Source of the DNA: Octopus sinensis
Taxonomy: Eukaryota
Length of the DNA stretch: 38,159 bases
Direction: 5' to 3'
Assembly (NCBI RefSeq): GCF_006345805.1
Contig: NW_021835822.1
Span: 1 to 38,159 of the forward strand
A program made the translations under genes and the position numbers. The notes below the pieces were generated by a model. The model saw only the letters and a program-made list of their open reading frames with translations, was not told where the DNA came from and did no database searches. Shown in pieces: positions 1 to 12,103 of the stretch. How positions within the stretch are numbered: the stretch's first letter is position 1; the number at the start of each line of letters is the position of its first letter.

Positions 1-89
1 TCATGCACTCAGAATATCTTTAATATATTGAATCATTTACTAAGCCACTAAGAAAATCGGGCCCTCAAAAAGACTCCCCAGATGTGCTT

Positions 90-510
90 ACTATGAACCA
101 ACTATTTAGACAGCATTAAGTGTATAAAACGTAGATATAAACAAAAATAATCAGTGTTGGTTCAGCAAATCCAAGAAAGTCTTTAAGAGCTCTACTTCAG
201 AAGACAAATATATTCAATACAATGGGGAAAAAAAATCAGACCAACCCAATACTTTTACTCTCTAATTTGCTATGGATCCGAAATATGATACAACGCTCAC
301 AAGCGTTAGAGGATTTCAACACACATTCTTCTCTCAACAACCATCTTCAATAATGAAAGACTAATTGTCTCTAGAGATAGATTGGACGTGCTTGAAGCAG
401 GATGGAAAAAAACCCCACAAAATACGGCTTGGGAACTATCGTGAATAACAAGAGACAGAGACAAGCATGGAAGAATTTTCTACTGACGTATGCATCAGTT
501 GGTGTAGTAG
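90..510 (+). mobile_element. Highly decayed RTE-like LINE 3' fragment
   Basis: Broken frames give FRRQIYSIQWGKKI and RQAWKNFLLTYAS, resembling the RTE C-terminal motifs LRRILxIxW and DRxxWR. Many stops and frameshifts. Confidence 0.35.
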
Positions 511-519
511 TTACTACAC

Positions 520-1105
520 ACATGCACGCATATGCACATATACACATACACACATACACACGTATACGCTCATCTATATGCATATGTACAAAGCATGTAT
601 GCGGGTATATATGTAAATATGTACGTGTATATATATATATATATATATATAATAACAATTTCATAAATAAAACATATGCATATATACATACATATATGTA
701 CATACCTACATCTATATGTATATATACATGCATATATGAGTAAAGGACACCACAATATATATATATATAATATATATATATATATACGTGCATACTGCAT
801 ATTTATACATTTGTACCCACACACACATATACACACACTCGCACACACACACACATACACTATTTATATTGTACAGCTATCAAGCATGTGCATGAGTGTG
901 TGTGTGTGTGTGTGTGCGCAGTTGTGTTCATTTGTGTGAGTTCCTATGCTTGTGAAATTTGTGAGTACTTGTGTCAGCAAATATGATGTACGTGTGTGTG
1001 TATGTATGTGTGCGTTCGTGTGAGCATGTGTGTGTGTGTGCGTGCGTGTGTATGTATGTGTGTGCATGTGTGTACATAAGTGTGTGCGAGCGCGTGCGTG
1101 CGTGC
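520..1105. repeat. Compound (CA)n/(TA)n/(TG)n microsatellite
   Basis: Directly visible; explains the ORFs at 371-1067. Confidence 0.95.
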
Positions 1106-1362
1106 GAATGTAAAAGAATTTGAGAACTACTTAAGATGATTGAAGATTATTTCTAGTATCCTAACAACAATGTGCAGATACGTTTCCAGAGAGTCACTTC
1201 CATGACAGTTGACATAATATATACACTGCAATATTTTTGCTGCAATGCGTTATCTCTGAATATTATGCCGTATATCGCTGTTCTTTTTATTGAAACTCTG
1301 AATAGATGTATTTACTGCCATACTGAAATTGTGCACCACAGCTATATACTACATCATTCAAG

Positions 1363-1395
<33 letters not shown>

Positions 1396-1941
1396 TATTT
1401 TTCTTTCTTCTATACTTCATTGCAATGTTTAAGGGGAAGGCGGGGGTCATACTTTGCGATCGTTTATGTAACACTTTGATGTAACATTGCTTTGATCGAC
1501 TTATTTTTGCATTGCTTCACTAAATTGATAAAAAAAACTGTTGTTGCAGTTACCGTAATTTCATATACTTCTACTTACAAAACCACGATATAAAACTACT
1601 GTTATAGAACTAAAACAGAAATAAAACACTAATATACTAAAACGTAACTACTGCGCATTTATATAATCAAATCCTCCTAGGGCTAATTATGTTTTGTGTC
1701 CAAGGAGAGGGGGAAAAAAGAAAAGCGGACGTAACCTGTAATTCGATAAGATGATTTGAGGGACGTCAGGGAGATATGTTTTACCGCGTGTTATTACAGG
1801 GCTTTGAGAACTGAAGCAATGTTTTTTACAGGTGCACGTGTAAAAGGAGAAAATAGTTCACAGATTATTGTAATGAAGAGCTCTGAATATGATGTAAGGA
1901 GTATAAGTCACCGAGGAAGGAAATCGTGAGATTAAGGGTGG

Positions 1942-2209
1942 GAGAGAGAGAGAGAGGAGGAGGAGAGAGAGAGAGAGAGAGGGTGAGATGATGGATAGGT
2001 AGGTAGATAGATAGATGGATGGCTGGATTAGACAGACAGACGAACAGACGAACTGACAGACAGACAGAGACAGGCAGAAAGACAGACAGACAGTAGATAG
2101 ATTAGAAAGATAGATAGATAGATAGATAGATTAGAGTGACAAATGAACAGACGGACGGACAGACAGGCAGCGAGACAGGCAGAAAGACAGACAGCAGATA
2201 AGGAAATCG

Positions 2210-2254
<45 letters not shown>

Positions 2255-2307
2255 CAGAGACACAGAGAGAGAGAGAGAGAGAGAGATAGATACATAGATA
2301 GGTAGAG

Positions 2308-2395
<88 letters not shown>

Positions 2396-2399
2396 GGAC

Positions 2400-2463
<64 letters not shown>

Positions 2464-2465
2464 GA
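1942..2465. repeat. Compound (GA)n/(GACA)n/(GATA)n microsatellite
   Basis: Directly visible. Confidence 0.95.
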
Positions 2466-3007
2466 GTAAAGAAATAAAGGAACAGTTAATATGGATGGTT
2501 AGGGTGTAGCTGTCAAGCTTTGAAGAGCAAAACCACTGATTCTGTCACCCCACCTTTTAGATAATAGGTTCAGAATTTCCTTTAAGTCTACCTCACAATA
2601 AATGTATGATTTTTTTTTTCTTCAAACATTGGCTTTTTGGGATCAAACTGAATAGTTTCGTTGTTAATCTCATTGAATGTTCCTATATCTGCTTCAGGAT
2701 AGCGTAAAAAACGCTGTAGTTTTTTATTTGCTTAATCGGTTTATGACAGAAAACATTTTACATAGCATTGAGTGATTTCTCAGTTGTTTAGTTCAAATCG
2801 CAACCATTGAACGGCAAACACCGTTGGTTATAGGTTTCAAACGGTGCAATCACTGGTTTACTATATTTCTGGGGAGGAGTATCTCTAACTCGATGCTGAA
2901 CTAGTATTGCAACGGAAATTGTTAAAAACATAAAAAAATAAAGCACACGCACTTCGAATCTCCGCCGATAATTACATCCATGTCCACGTGCTGTATATGT
3001 AAATAAG

Positions 3008-3233
3008 CGGCGAGCTGGCAGAACCGTTAGCACGCCGGGCGAAATGCGTAGCTGTATTTCGTCTGCCGTAACGTTCTGAGTTCAAATTCCGCCGAGGTCG
3101 ACTTTGCCTTTCATCCTTTCGGGGTCGATAAATTAAGTACCAGTTACGCACTGGGGTCGATGTAATCGACTTAATCCGTTTGTCTGTCCTTGTTTGTCTC
3201 CTCTGTGTGTAGCCCCTTGTGGGTAATAAAAAA
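3008..3233 (+). mobile_element. tRNA-derived SINE family A (CORE-like), full copy
   Basis: A-box-like TGGCAGAA, B-box-like GAGTTCAAATTCC, central GTCGACTTTGCCTTTCATCCTTTCGGGGTCGATAAATTAAGTACCAG and an AATAAA tail. More than 8 homologues in the window. Confidence 0.9.
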
Positions 3234-3277
3234 ACGGATAATTACATCCATGTCCACGTGCTGTATATGTAAATAAG

Positions 3278-3503
3278 CGGCGAGCTGGCAGAAACGTTAG
3301 CACGCCGGGCGAAATGCGCAGCCGTATTTCGTCTGTCGTTACGTTCCGAGTTCAAATTCCGCCGAGGTCGACTTTGCCTTTCATCCTTTCGGCGTCGATA
3401 AATAAAGTACCAGTTATGCACTGGGGTCGATATAATCGACTTAATACCTTTGTCTGCCCTTGTTTGTCCCCTCTATGTTTAGCCCCTTGTGGGCAGTAAA
3501 TAA
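3278..3503 (+). mobile_element. SINE family A, second tandem copy
   Basis: Same structure as 3008-3233, 270 bp downstream. Confidence 0.9.
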
Positions 3504-3540
3504 ATATATATATAAATGTGCGTATGTGTGTGAGTGTGTG

Positions 3541-3578
<38 letters not shown>

Positions 3579-3799
3579 CGCCCGCACGCGCGCGTTTGTA
3601 CATATGTACGTTTGTGTGCACGCGTGTATGAATGGTTAAGAAGTTTGCTTTCGGACCAAGCGGTTTCGTGCACAGTGCAACTGCGCGACATCTTGAGCAA
3701 GAGTCTTTTCTTTTTTTTTTTGTCTACATCTCGTTAGTGAATTTACTTAGTGACTGAATTTTATAGGCAGAAACGTAAGCTATGAGGAAGCTCCTTCTG

Positions 3800-3908
3800 T
3801 GTGTGTGTGTATGTGGGTGTGTGGATGTGTGTACGTACGTATGAATATCTTATATACATGTATGTATATCTATCTATCTTTCTATCTATCTATCTATCTA
3901 TCTATCTG

Positions 3909-3968
<60 letters not shown>

Positions 3969-4010
3969 GACAGTCAGATAGACAGACAGATAGCTAGCTA
4001 GCTAGCTAGC

Positions 4011-4088
<78 letters not shown>

Positions 4089-4118
4089 TATAGATAGATA
4101 GATAGATAGATAGATAGA
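3800..4118. repeat. (TCTA)n - (TAGC)n - (TAGA)n microsatellite with strand-polarity switch
   Basis: Directly visible. Confidence 0.9.
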
Positions 4119-4534
4119 CTAGCGAAGTTACATCAGAACAACAGGTGTTTTGGGTCATTCAACAATCACATACATCTACCAAGATTATTCAGCATATAGA
4201 TGACTCACTTCTCCCGATCGATATCCTCCTTAAAACCAATTCTGCAACGCGTTTAGCGGATTTGCTTGTCCTCCGCTTAGTGGTTTCTGTAAAACCCAGT
4301 AAACTGTGGCTTTTGCTAAGTAACTGGTTTGCGAACCCTCTCTATCCATCGGTGCTTCCATTAACTCAATATACTTGGCTCCCTTTTTTGATAGGATTTA
4401 GGATTCCAGTGATCAGGCCATAACAGTTTACACAGTTTCTATCTTGCACATTTCACAGGGACGGAAATGGTAAAATCGGGAAATAGTAGTAGACACTTTC
4501 GAAATTAGTTTCTAAAATTTCAACCAAAGAAATT

Positions 4535-5182
4535 GGTGAACTGGCAGAATCGTTAGCACACCAGGCGAAATGCTTAGAGCGTTTAGCCTGCCTTTACGTT
4601 CTGAGTTCATATTCCATCGAGGTCGACTTTGCTTTTCATCCCTTCGGGGTTGATATTCTTTACTCTTTTATTTGTTTCAGTCATTTGACAGCGGCCATGC
4701 TTGAGCACCGCATTTAGTCTAGCAAATCGAGCCCAGGACTTATTCTTTCTAAGCCTAGTAATTATTCTATCTGTCTCTTTTGCCGAACAGCTAAGTTATG
4801 GGGACTTAAACACACTAGTATCGGTTGTCAAACGATGTTGGGTGGGGGGACAAACACAGACACACAAACACACACACACACATACACACACACATATATA
4901 TATACATATACAAATACAAATACATACGACAGGCGTCTTTCAGTTTCGTCTACCAAATCCACTCACAAGGCTTTGGTCGGCCCGAGGCTATAGTAGAAGA
5001 CACTTTCCCAAGGTGCCACGCAGTGGGACTGAACCCGGAACCATGTGGTTGGTAAACAAGCTACTTACAACACAGCCAATCCTGCGCCGATAATATAAGT
5101 ACCAGTTGAACATTGGGATCGATATAATAGACTTACCCACTTACCGAAATTTCTGGCCTTGTGCTAAAATTTCGAAGCAATA
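4535..5182 (+). mobile_element. SINE family A interrupted by a family B insertion
   Basis: Head at 4535-4655 stops at GGGGTTGATA and resumes at 5089 (GATAATATAAGTACCAG). Confidence 0.8.
4656..5088 (-). mobile_element. tRNA-derived SINE family B (internal TA/TG microsatellite, TAAAAGAG-type tail)
   Basis: Reverse complement starts GGCGCAGGA..GGCTGTG..GTAAGTAGCTTG, has B-box GGGTTCAGTCCC, and matches the other B copies. Confidence 0.9.
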
Positions 5183-5692
5183 TTTGAAGTATATGCTTAA
5201 GAAATATAATTCTTAACCGACCATATATAACCAAGCTTACTGGTCTGTAAACAAAGAACGACTCAAATTATCGAACAGTTAACCTCGGTTGGTTAACTTG
5301 GCCCAGAAGCTATCAACAGAGTTGAACGCGTTAGAGACACTTTAGGACACGTGCACCGAAAAATGTTCCAAGTTATATTCAGAAACTAAATATTGATTAA
5401 TCTAAGATGTAACAACTATTAACGTATAAGACAGTGATGAAACAGCAGTTTGATACTGATAATGTTTGTCATATCATATATTATGCCACACAACTATGAA
5501 GGATTTCTTTCTTTTCGTTTTCTTTTCGTTTTCTTTTGATACGTTAGTTGAAGTAATCACCAGGCATAGAGTGCAACATTATCTGCTGTTACATCAAGCG
5601 GGTCAAGTAATATGGTCACACAAGCCAGTGTATAAAGCTGCACTGTTATAACAACACAACACCATTTCACTAACAATTACAACACTACGTTA

Positions 5693-6107
5693 ACGCGGCG
5701 AGTTGGCAGAAACGTTAGCACGACGGACGAAATGCGTAGCAGTATTGCGTCTGCCGTTACGTTCTGAGTTCAAATTCCGCCGAGGTTGACTTTGCCTTTC
5801 ATCCTTTTGGGGTCGATAAATTAAGTACCAGTTACGCACTGGGGTCGATATAATCGACTTAATCTGTTTGTCTGTCCTTGTTTGTCTGTTTGTCCCCTCC
5901 GTGTGTAGCCCCTTGTGGGCAGTTAAGAAATAGGTATTTCGCCTGTCTTTACGTTCTGAGTTCAAATTCCTCTAAGGTCGACTTTGCCTTTCATCCTTTC
6001 GCGATCGATAAATTAAGTACCAGTTATGTACTGGGGTAGATCTAATTGTCTGGCCCTCTCCCCCTCCACCCAAAAGCATTTCGGGTCTCGTGCCTATAGT
6101 AGATAAG
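5693..6107 (+). mobile_element. Dimeric SINE family A (full copy plus headless copy with alternative tail), 18-bp TSD
   Basis: AATTACAA(C/T)ACTACGTTA at 5675-5692 and 6108-6125. Confidence 0.85.
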
Positions 6108-6171
6108 AATTACAATACTACGTTACTACACTAACAACTATAGTTGATCTGTCCACTAAACTGAAAAGTGT

Positions 6172-6350
6172 GGCGGCGCATGGCTTAATGGTTAGGGGTG
6201 TTGGACTCATGATTGTAAAATTGTGGTTTCGATTCTTGGACTGGGCGATACGAGGCTTTGTGTTCCAGAGAAAAAATAATTTCCTTTGACGTTGTTCCTA
6301 TTCACACAACTGGTAAAAATGAATAACTGTGTGACGGACCGAGGTATCAA
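6172..6350 (+). mobile_element. Decayed tRNA-derived SINE head (family D-related)
   Basis: A-box TGGCTTAATGGTTAG and B-box GGTTTCGATTC. Confidence 0.6.
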
Positions 6351-6358
6351 CTAGAGAA

Positions 6359-6391
<33 letters not shown>

Positions 6392-6415
6392 GTATATATA
6401 TACACTCAGTATAAC

Positions 6416-6983
6416 ATAGTGTACATTTAAACACAAGAGAAAACTGCCTTCAACAGGCAGTTTTTACACGCTAAAAGTAGTCAAAACGACGAAAACCACA
6501 TTTAAGAGCAATCTTCAAAAGGAATAGAAAATAAAACCTTTTACCTTGTTAAATTATTCCTGTCAGACCCAGATTTCTGAATTTTTTAGCAAATAAAATA
6601 ATTTGCTAGGCGAAATTTTTCATCAGTGACTGCGCCATAGCACTAACATATAATTGAGAGACGATTAATACGTGTCTCTTCGTTATACATTATAATTTCT
6701 CGAATTCACCATGCAAGCACAGTATCAGTCGCCATACGTAAAATATATACAGGGTGGTGAGTTTTTTGAAAATTCACCACCAGTGACCTAGCATGTATAA
6801 AAAGTCAATAGACAACATATTCTCAATATAAAATAGCGTACATTTAAACACAAGAGAAAAACTACCTTTAACAGGTAATTTTTACACGCTAGAAGAAGCA
6901 GTCAAACCAACCAAAACCACATTTAAGAGCAATCTTCAAAAGGAATGAAAAATAAAAACTTTACCTTCTTATTTTATTTGTTA
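6416..6983 (-). mobile_element. Hammerhead-bearing Penelope-like/retrozyme-like element, about 1.3 units of about 418 nt
   Basis: Diverged direct repeat 6416-6565 vs 6833-6983, with a hammerhead at 6562-6630. Confidence 0.7.
6562..6630 (-). ncRNA. Type I hammerhead ribozyme motif
   Basis: Stem I GUCA/UGAC, core CUGAUGA, long stem II with the 8-bp hairpin UAGCAAAU/AUUUGCUA, GAAA, self-complementary stem III AUCUGGGU, GUC site (C at 6566). Confidence 0.75.
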
Positions 6984-7343
6984 TTATATATATGTATGTG
7001 TGTGTGTATGTATGTATGTATGTATGTATATATATGTATGTGTATATGTATGTATATATATATGTATGTATATATGTATGTATATATGAGAAACCGGGAA
7101 ACCGGACTCATGTTCCTTATGGAATAACGTGAACTAACCAAGCCGAAAAATACATTAGTATAGTATCTACATCACAACGCTACATTGCTATACTGAAGAC
7201 TACACTATATTACGACCAATAATTTACTAACACTGAGCAGCGACTACAGAAATACATCACTACGCTGATGGAACAGTCACCGCATTACTACATCACAACA
7301 CAACACAAAATTGACTATTACACCTCCATATTACTATAGAAGC

Positions 7344-7726
7344 GTGGAGACGCAATGGCCCAGTGGTTAGGGTAGCGAACTCGCGGTCTTGGGATCATAG
7401 TTTCGATTCCCAAACCGGGCGTTATGAGTGTTTATTAGGCGAAAACACCTAAAGCTCCACGAGGCACGGGCAGTGGGTGTTGGCGAACCCTGCTGTACTC
7501 TTTCACTACAACTTTCTCTCACTCTTTCTTCCTGTTTCGTTGTACCTGTATTTCAAAGAACCAGCCTTGTCACATTCTGTGACACGCTGAGTCTCCCCGA
7601 GAACTACGTTAAGGGTACTCGTGCCTGTGGAGTGTGCTCAGCCACTTGCGCGTTAATTTATCGAGCAGGCTGTTCCGCTGATCGGATTAACTGGAACTCT
7701 CGTCGTCGTAACCGACGGAGTGCCAC
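7344..7726 (+). mobile_element. tRNA-derived SINE family C
   Basis: A-box TGGCCCAGTGGTTAG, B-box AGTTTCGATTCC; homologous to 16323-16706. Confidence 0.85.
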
Positions 7727-7829
7727 GACTTCATAAGCTACAACAGTACTACTTTAGTACATTAAGAACTACAACCCTATATTATTATACTAATTACTAC
7801 AACATTATACAACATTATACTAGCTCTCG

Positions 7830-8745
7830 AAGACATTCGGCAGCATGTTCAAATCACTGATTGCTTTTGGCTGTGGTTTCCTCTACATCTGGCTATATGT
7901 GATACACGCCTCTTTCATGTCGGCTATGAATGTTCAGCGCCATGTAATTTACGGTCTTCCTGTCTTTCGTTTTCCCTTCTCGTGATGTCTATTTGAAAGC
8001 TGTTTTAGAATAGTGTTGTTCTGATAGCAGGAGTATGCGACCTTCTGGTTTTAATCTTCGTTTTGAGATGATCTTATATAAATGCGAAGGGGCATGGATC
8101 AGTGGTTTGAGCGTCGGGCTCACAACCATGAGGTAGTGAGTTTGATTCCCGGTCGGGGAATTTTGCTCTTTGTTTTGAAATGAAGAGCAAGGCACTTTAT
8201 TTCATGTTGCTCAAGTTCACTTATCTGTAGAAATGAGTTGCGACGTCACTGGTGCCAAGCTGTATCGACCTTTGCATTTACCTTGGATAACATCAGTGGT
8301 ATGGAAAGAGGGAGGCTGGTACGCATGGGTGACTGCTGGCCTTCCACAAACAACCTTAACCAGACTTGTGACTCGGAGGGGAACTTTCATTCATGATCGA
8401 AGGGAGGGTTTTTTTACACTTTTACACTCTTAAGTTTATCTCCATTGATTCCATGGTCTTGCTAGTACGTTCACAGAATTCTTCTCAAGCAACTTCGGTC
8501 GAACACATCTAGCGTTCTGTCGATTTTCAAGCTGCTCTTCCATATCTCACTAGCGTAGAAAACGGCTAGCAGAATTATGCTATTACAAAGTTGGATGTAA
8601 GCTGATGGTATCGGAGGATAACGACCATTCTCTGGAATATGGCATCTGATTTGCTGATTCCATGCTTGCCGTCAGTTTCAATATGACTGACGGTGTTATC
8701 ATATAGCTGAATCTGTTTACTGCCTCCATGTTTGTCAATTACTTA
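7830..8745 (-). mobile_element. Decayed RTE LINE 3' part interrupted by a SINE
   Basis: Translates to FYASEIWKSSLKIDRTLDVFDRSCLRRIL (about 8440-8600) and ISKRRLK...GKRKTGRP*ITWR (about 7900-8075), which are RTE C-terminal motifs. Confidence 0.7.
8084..8428 (+). mobile_element. tRNA-derived SINE family D
   Basis: tRNA-like head and body homologous to 21229-21469 and 25724-26045; (TTTACAC)n tail. Confidence 0.85.
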
Positions 8746-9208
8746 AATGTTGCGGTAGTTAGATTAATAATATTGTGCTGTAGTAGTTAGTAATGTGTGG
8801 TATTAGATTAATTATGTTGTGTAGTAGTAGTATTTGTAGTAGTAGTAGTAGTAGTATACTTCTAGACCAACTTAATTTGAGTCACAAGTATTGACCGACG
8901 AATCGACGCGTGACATGCTCGGTCACAAGACACTTCCTTGGTGTACAGCTCAGTGTTATCAAATTTGGTTGGAACCACGCGATTGTAAAGCGAATGTGTT
9001 AACCACATACACCGGCCAAAATAAGTTCAAGACCGATGAAGACAGTTCTATTCTTTCATTAATATATTTTTAACAAAATTGTATAAAATTATTTTACTTT
9101 TTACAGTTTATGTAGATTTTTTTTTCTCTTTCGAATGATGCAGGTGTTAAAGATATTTCGACAATTCGGATAATTTTAATGCGCAATTAAATCAAATGAT
9201 TAAAAATT

Positions 9209-9296
9209 GTCGGCCCGAGGCTACAAAGAAGACACTTGCCCACTGTGGGATTGAAACCAGAACCATGTGGTTAGGAAGCAAGCTTCTTACCACACT
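9209..9296 (-). mobile_element. SINE family B head fragment
   Basis: Matches the family B 5' part. Confidence 0.7.
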
Positions 9297-9478
9297 TTGA
9301 CATGTTCGTCGTCATATAAAATGTAATGAGATGTCCACTGAGTTAGTTTAGAAAGTGCCATAATTACATTAACCAGAGAAATGATCGCCATGTATCATGA
9401 GTAAGATCTGTAAGGTCGAATATACAACCTTTCGACTCTCGTTTAAAACTTTTATTAATCAACTGAACTACACGTAAT

Positions 9479-9704
9479 CTCTCTCTTTCTCTTTTCTCTT
9501 TTACTTGTTTCAGTCATTTGACTGCAGCCATGCTGGAGCACCGCCTTAAATCGAGCAACTCGACCCCGGGACTTATTCATTGTAAGCCCAGTACTTATTC
9601 TATCGGTCTCCTTTTGCCGAACCGCTAAGTGACGGGGACATAAACACTCCAGCATCGGTTATCAAGCAATGCTAGGGGGACAAACACAGACACACAAACA
9701 AACG

Positions 9705-9738
<34 letters not shown>

Positions 9739-9901
9739 CGACGGGCTTCTTTCAGTTTCTATCTACCAAATCCACTCACAAGTCTTTGGTCGGCCCGAGG
9801 CTATAGTAGAAGACACTTGCCCAAGGTGCCACGCAGTGGGACTGAACCCGGAACCATGTGGTTGGTAGGCAAGCTACTTACCACACTGCCACTCCTGCGC
9901 C
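9479..9901 (-). mobile_element. SINE family B, full copy
   Basis: Complete head-to-tail match to the other B copies. Confidence 0.9.
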
Positions 9902-10217
9902 AATGATGTTGTTCTCTCTTTCAGCAAATAAATAAATTCTTATTTGGATACACAAAAATAGCCACACAAGAAATTGCATTTTCTCCAAATATACAAGAAT
10001 TCTTTAAGCAATTTGATGGGAGATTAATGTAATATTGATTAAAATATTTGTTGAAAAAGTTTAATCAATATTTTGTGATTTCATAATTTTAAAATGTTAT
10101 ATTTTATTCTCGTGTGAGACGAGTATGTATTGAAAGTTCCTAATGAAACGAATCTGTTAGTCGATTTCGTGTCTCATTTGAGGGTTATCACTTATTTTAA
10201 AATAATAAAGTAGGAAC

Positions 10218-10523
10218 CAAAGTGGTTATATATTGTCAACTTAACCTGACAGTAGGGGATTACACCACCGCTGTTTAGCCCCTAGAAGCATCGACGCCTC
10301 CTGATGGCTTCGACACATTTCCTGTGTCCTTATATATTTACGAAGAGGAGACAATATATAAGGACACAGGAAATGTGTCGAAGCCGACAGGAAGCGTCGA
10401 TGCTTCCTAGGGCTAAACAGCGGTGGTGTAATCCCCTACTGTCACGTTAAGTTGACGGTATACAACCATTCTATCGCCCTACCACCGTACATATCTCTGA
10501 GATATTTAGAAATTTAATATTTC
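10218..10523. mobile_element. Fold-back insertion with 12-bp TSD (Penelope-like pLTR fragments)
   Basis: 104-bp inverted arms 10235-10338 / 10353-10456; TAAAGTAGGAAC at 10206-10217 and 10524-10535; homologue at 21573-21765. Confidence 0.8.
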
Positions 10524-11421
10524 TAAAGTAGGAACTATTTTGGAGGTACAGCAGTTTCGCTATACATTCATTTAATATATTTTCCAAAAGGAGCAGCAAA
10601 GACCGTTTACCAAATGGTTTTCCATGAAAAATCTTAAGCTTCATGATAAAATCCCTCCTTCACAACTCAAAGATTTAACAAGATAATTGTTTTTCGCAGT
10701 AAATAGGAATGCATTACTAAGGAATTTATATCAAGAATCTTAAACTTCCATTTCGTTTAGAAACCTTTTATTTATCAAATTTCCCTTTTTTCTACTCGTT
10801 CCGCCACCCTTCCTCTTGCTTCTTTTCGTTTTTCATGTCACACATTACCCACCACTATCACTACTACCACCACCATCCCAACACAAACATAAAAAGAAAC
10901 AAGCAAAACTCTATAAGAATAGATGCACCGGAGGCAATAAATTTATTCGATAGAACAAAAAAGTGTTTTCAACATTTGCAGACAATACACTTCTGAAGAA
11001 AAAAAGTTTAGAGAAACTGTACATGAATCGATAGAGACTAAATAGATTTTCATGAAAATTTTAAATTATATTCTTAGTGAAAAACAAATTCAGTTTGTGT
11101 AGTCGTATATCAAGGTCACGTGAATAGATCTAACGAACCATTTTGTTGTGTCTTTCGATTAAATAATTTAATCTACATGCTTTATTTTATTGAAGCTAAC
11201 CATCACTACTACTAGGTTGTTGTACTCGCTAAACTAATATCGAACCCATGACGCGACGTTTGCTTGAAAAAGAAAAGTAAAGAAAAAATTAATTCGAAGT
11301 TAATTAATTGTAGCTTGTATTCCAACAACCAAAAATCCTAACACGTAAAATCTTTTTTTTCTCTCTTCATTTTTTGTTAGTCTTTCTTCGCCAATAGTTA
11401 ACTATATACGAAATATTTTAT

Positions 11422-11809
11422 GCAGGAGTGGCTGTGTTTTAAGTTGCTTTGCTTACCAACAACATGGTTTCGGGTTCAGTCTCACTGCATTGGCACCTTG
11501 GGCAAGTGTCTTCTACTGTAGCCTCGGGCCGACCAAAGCCTTGTGAGTGGATTTGGTGGACGGAAACTGGAAGAAAACCGTCGTTTATATATATTGTGTG
11601 TTTGTGTGTCTGTGTTTGTCGCCCCAACATCACTTGACAACCGATGCTGGTGTGTTCACGTCCCCGTAACTTAGCGGTTCGACAAAAGAGACTGATAGAA
11701 TAAGTACTAAGCTTACAAAGAATAAGTCCTGGGGTCGATTTGCTCGACTAAAGGCAGTGCTCCAGCATGGCCGCAGTCAAATGACTGAAAAAAGAATAAA
11801 AGAAAGAAG
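11422..11809 (+). mobile_element. SINE family B
   Basis: Full-length match to the family. Confidence 0.9.
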
Positions 11810-12103
11810 TAGAAAATCAGATATAGAGATGATAGTCATAGCGTGTTTCTTGTCAGATTAAGGTAACTGTCTAATGAATAAAACCGTTCCAAACGCTTTA
11901 CGAATGGTCAGATCCTCTCTTACAACAGTTTCTATGGAAGATCCTTACAGCTAGGCCTATGGAAATAATGGTTTCGTAGGCAGACAGATTCAGTATCTCA
12001 TGCTTTTAGGGTATATAAAAATGAGAATGTGTAAAATTCATAACTTTTCTAAATAACTATTAGCTGCAGAAGCAGTATTAATATCAAACAGCAATCTTTA
12101 AAT

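Noticed and set aside
371-1067. Long ORFs rich in YI/HT/CV (also 22776-23235, 27685-28568, 33616-34769)
   Set aside because: They are translations of di- and tetranucleotide microsatellites that lack stop codons in some frames.
1428-1700. TTAA-GGGGAAGGCGGGGGTC, a possible DNA transposon end
   Set aside because: No matching inverted end or second copy was found in the window.
10992-11025. CUGAAGA..GAAACUGUA
   Set aside because: Neither stem I nor stem II can pair.
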